Shown: positions 31,592 to 32,000 of the stretch, piece by piece
Layout: the number at the start of each line of letters is the position of its first letter
Numbering within the stretch: the first letter of the stretch is position 1
Source of the DNA: Kiritimatiella glycovorans
GTDB taxonomy: Bacteria; Verrucomicrobiota; Kiritimatiellia; Kiritimatiellales; Kiritimatiellaceae
Length of the DNA: 32,000 bases
Direction of reading: 5' to 3'
Assembly: GCF_001017655.1 (NCBI RefSeq)
Contig: NZ_CP010904.1
Coordinates: forward strand, 180,001-212,000
Position numbers and translations under genes: made by a program
Notes under the pieces: generated by a model
The model's database searches: none
What the model saw: the letters and a program-made list of their open reading frames with translations, nothing else
Told to the model about the DNA's origin: nothing

Positions 31592-32000
31592 TGAACCCTG
31601 AACCCACGGGTACCGGGCGTCTTTTGCGGGCATCGCATGCCGGGGCCGCTCTCCTTCTCGCTGCGCTGCTCTTCCTGCTGGGCCGCGCCAACCTGTTCGA
31701 GGTCAATCCCGACGCCGTCTCGTACATGCGCATCGCGCGGTACTGGCTGGAAGGCCGCACCGGTCTGGCCGTCAACGGCTACTGGGGTCCGCTGCTGAGC
31801 TGGCTGATGGTCCCGTGGATGGCCTGGACGGGGTCGCCGCTCGTCTCGGCGCGTATGGCCCTGGCGGTTTCGGCCGCACTGCTCTACGGGGCGGGTCTGT
31901 TCTGGATGCGGGTCATGGAGCTGCCCGCGGGCGTACGCGCGGCGGCCGCCTGGCCGCTGGCGATATTCTGCGGCGCGTGGTCGGTCAGGCTGATCACGCC
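31588..32000 (+). CDS. Polytopic membrane protein, GT-C/ArnT(PMT_2)-like N-terminus (3' end outside the window)
   Basis: This frame is not in the track and is open to the window edge. ATGATG at 31588 overlaps the upstream TGA. The translation is MMNPEPTGTGRLLRASHAGAALLLAALLFLLGRANLFEVNPDAVSYMRIARYWLEGRTGLAVNGYWGPLLSWLMVPW.... It has a TM helix followed by a D..xY loop and G.W.PL, as in GT-C enzymes. The family call is tentative. Confidence 0.5.
   Translation, partial: MMNPEPTGTGRLLRASHAGAALLLAALLFLLGRANLFEVNPDAVSYMRIARYWLEGRTGLAVNGYWGPLLSWLMVPWMAWTGSPLVSARMALAVSAALLYGAGLFWMRVMELPAGVRAAAAWPLAIFCGAWSVRLIT

Noticed and set aside
27114-31633. Two very long minus-strand ORFs (27114-29357 and 29420-31633) antisense to the glycosyltransferase genes
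   Set aside because: The plus-strand frames carry canonical GT2 (DxD) and GT4 (EX7E) motifs and have coupled start/stop overlaps. The antisense translations are Arg/Pro/Gly-rich with no motifs.

Overview
High-G+C (about 65-75% in coding regions by eye) bacterial chromosomal window with very tight gene packing and many 1-4 nt start/stop overlaps. The gene content suggests an anaerobic PVC-type organism (Kiritimatiellota, Verrucomicrobiota or Lentisphaerota), but that is unverified. I support about 30 protein-coding genes. In order they are: (1) fmt 3' end, converging on a minus-strand hisG - TPR lipoprotein - MarC unit. (2) An unusual ~690-bp ORF-free, repeat-laden intergenic region. (3) A low-G+C islet carrying a toxin-like/DUF2283 pair whose toxin is broken by a 5-bp tandem duplication. 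(4) A translationally coupled array: CII-like HTH regulator, DUF350 membrane protein, transglutaminase-fold lipoprotein, frameshifted TPR-like protein, two small membrane proteins and a 490-aa unknown. This array is my best candidate for an undescribed system. (5) An anaerobic sulfatase-maturating radical SAM enzyme. (6) An XRE-HTH/AbiEii nucleotidyltransferase toxin-antitoxin pair with a palindromic operator. (7) A rubredoxin-fused flavin oxidoreductase. (8) hflK-hflC. (9) A secreted PA14/PKD/TPR-like protein followed by a 1255-aa tandem DUF3857/transglutaminase protein whose second module has lost the catalytic triad. (10) A polysaccharide locus running off the window: 3 GT2, 2 GT4, an FkbM methyltransferase, a Wzx-type flippase and a GT-C-like membrane protein. 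I found no rRNA, tRNA, CRISPR array, transposase or integrase. All family assignments come from motif recognition by eye, with no database search. The many long antisense ORFs in the track are treated as high-GC shadow ORFs.
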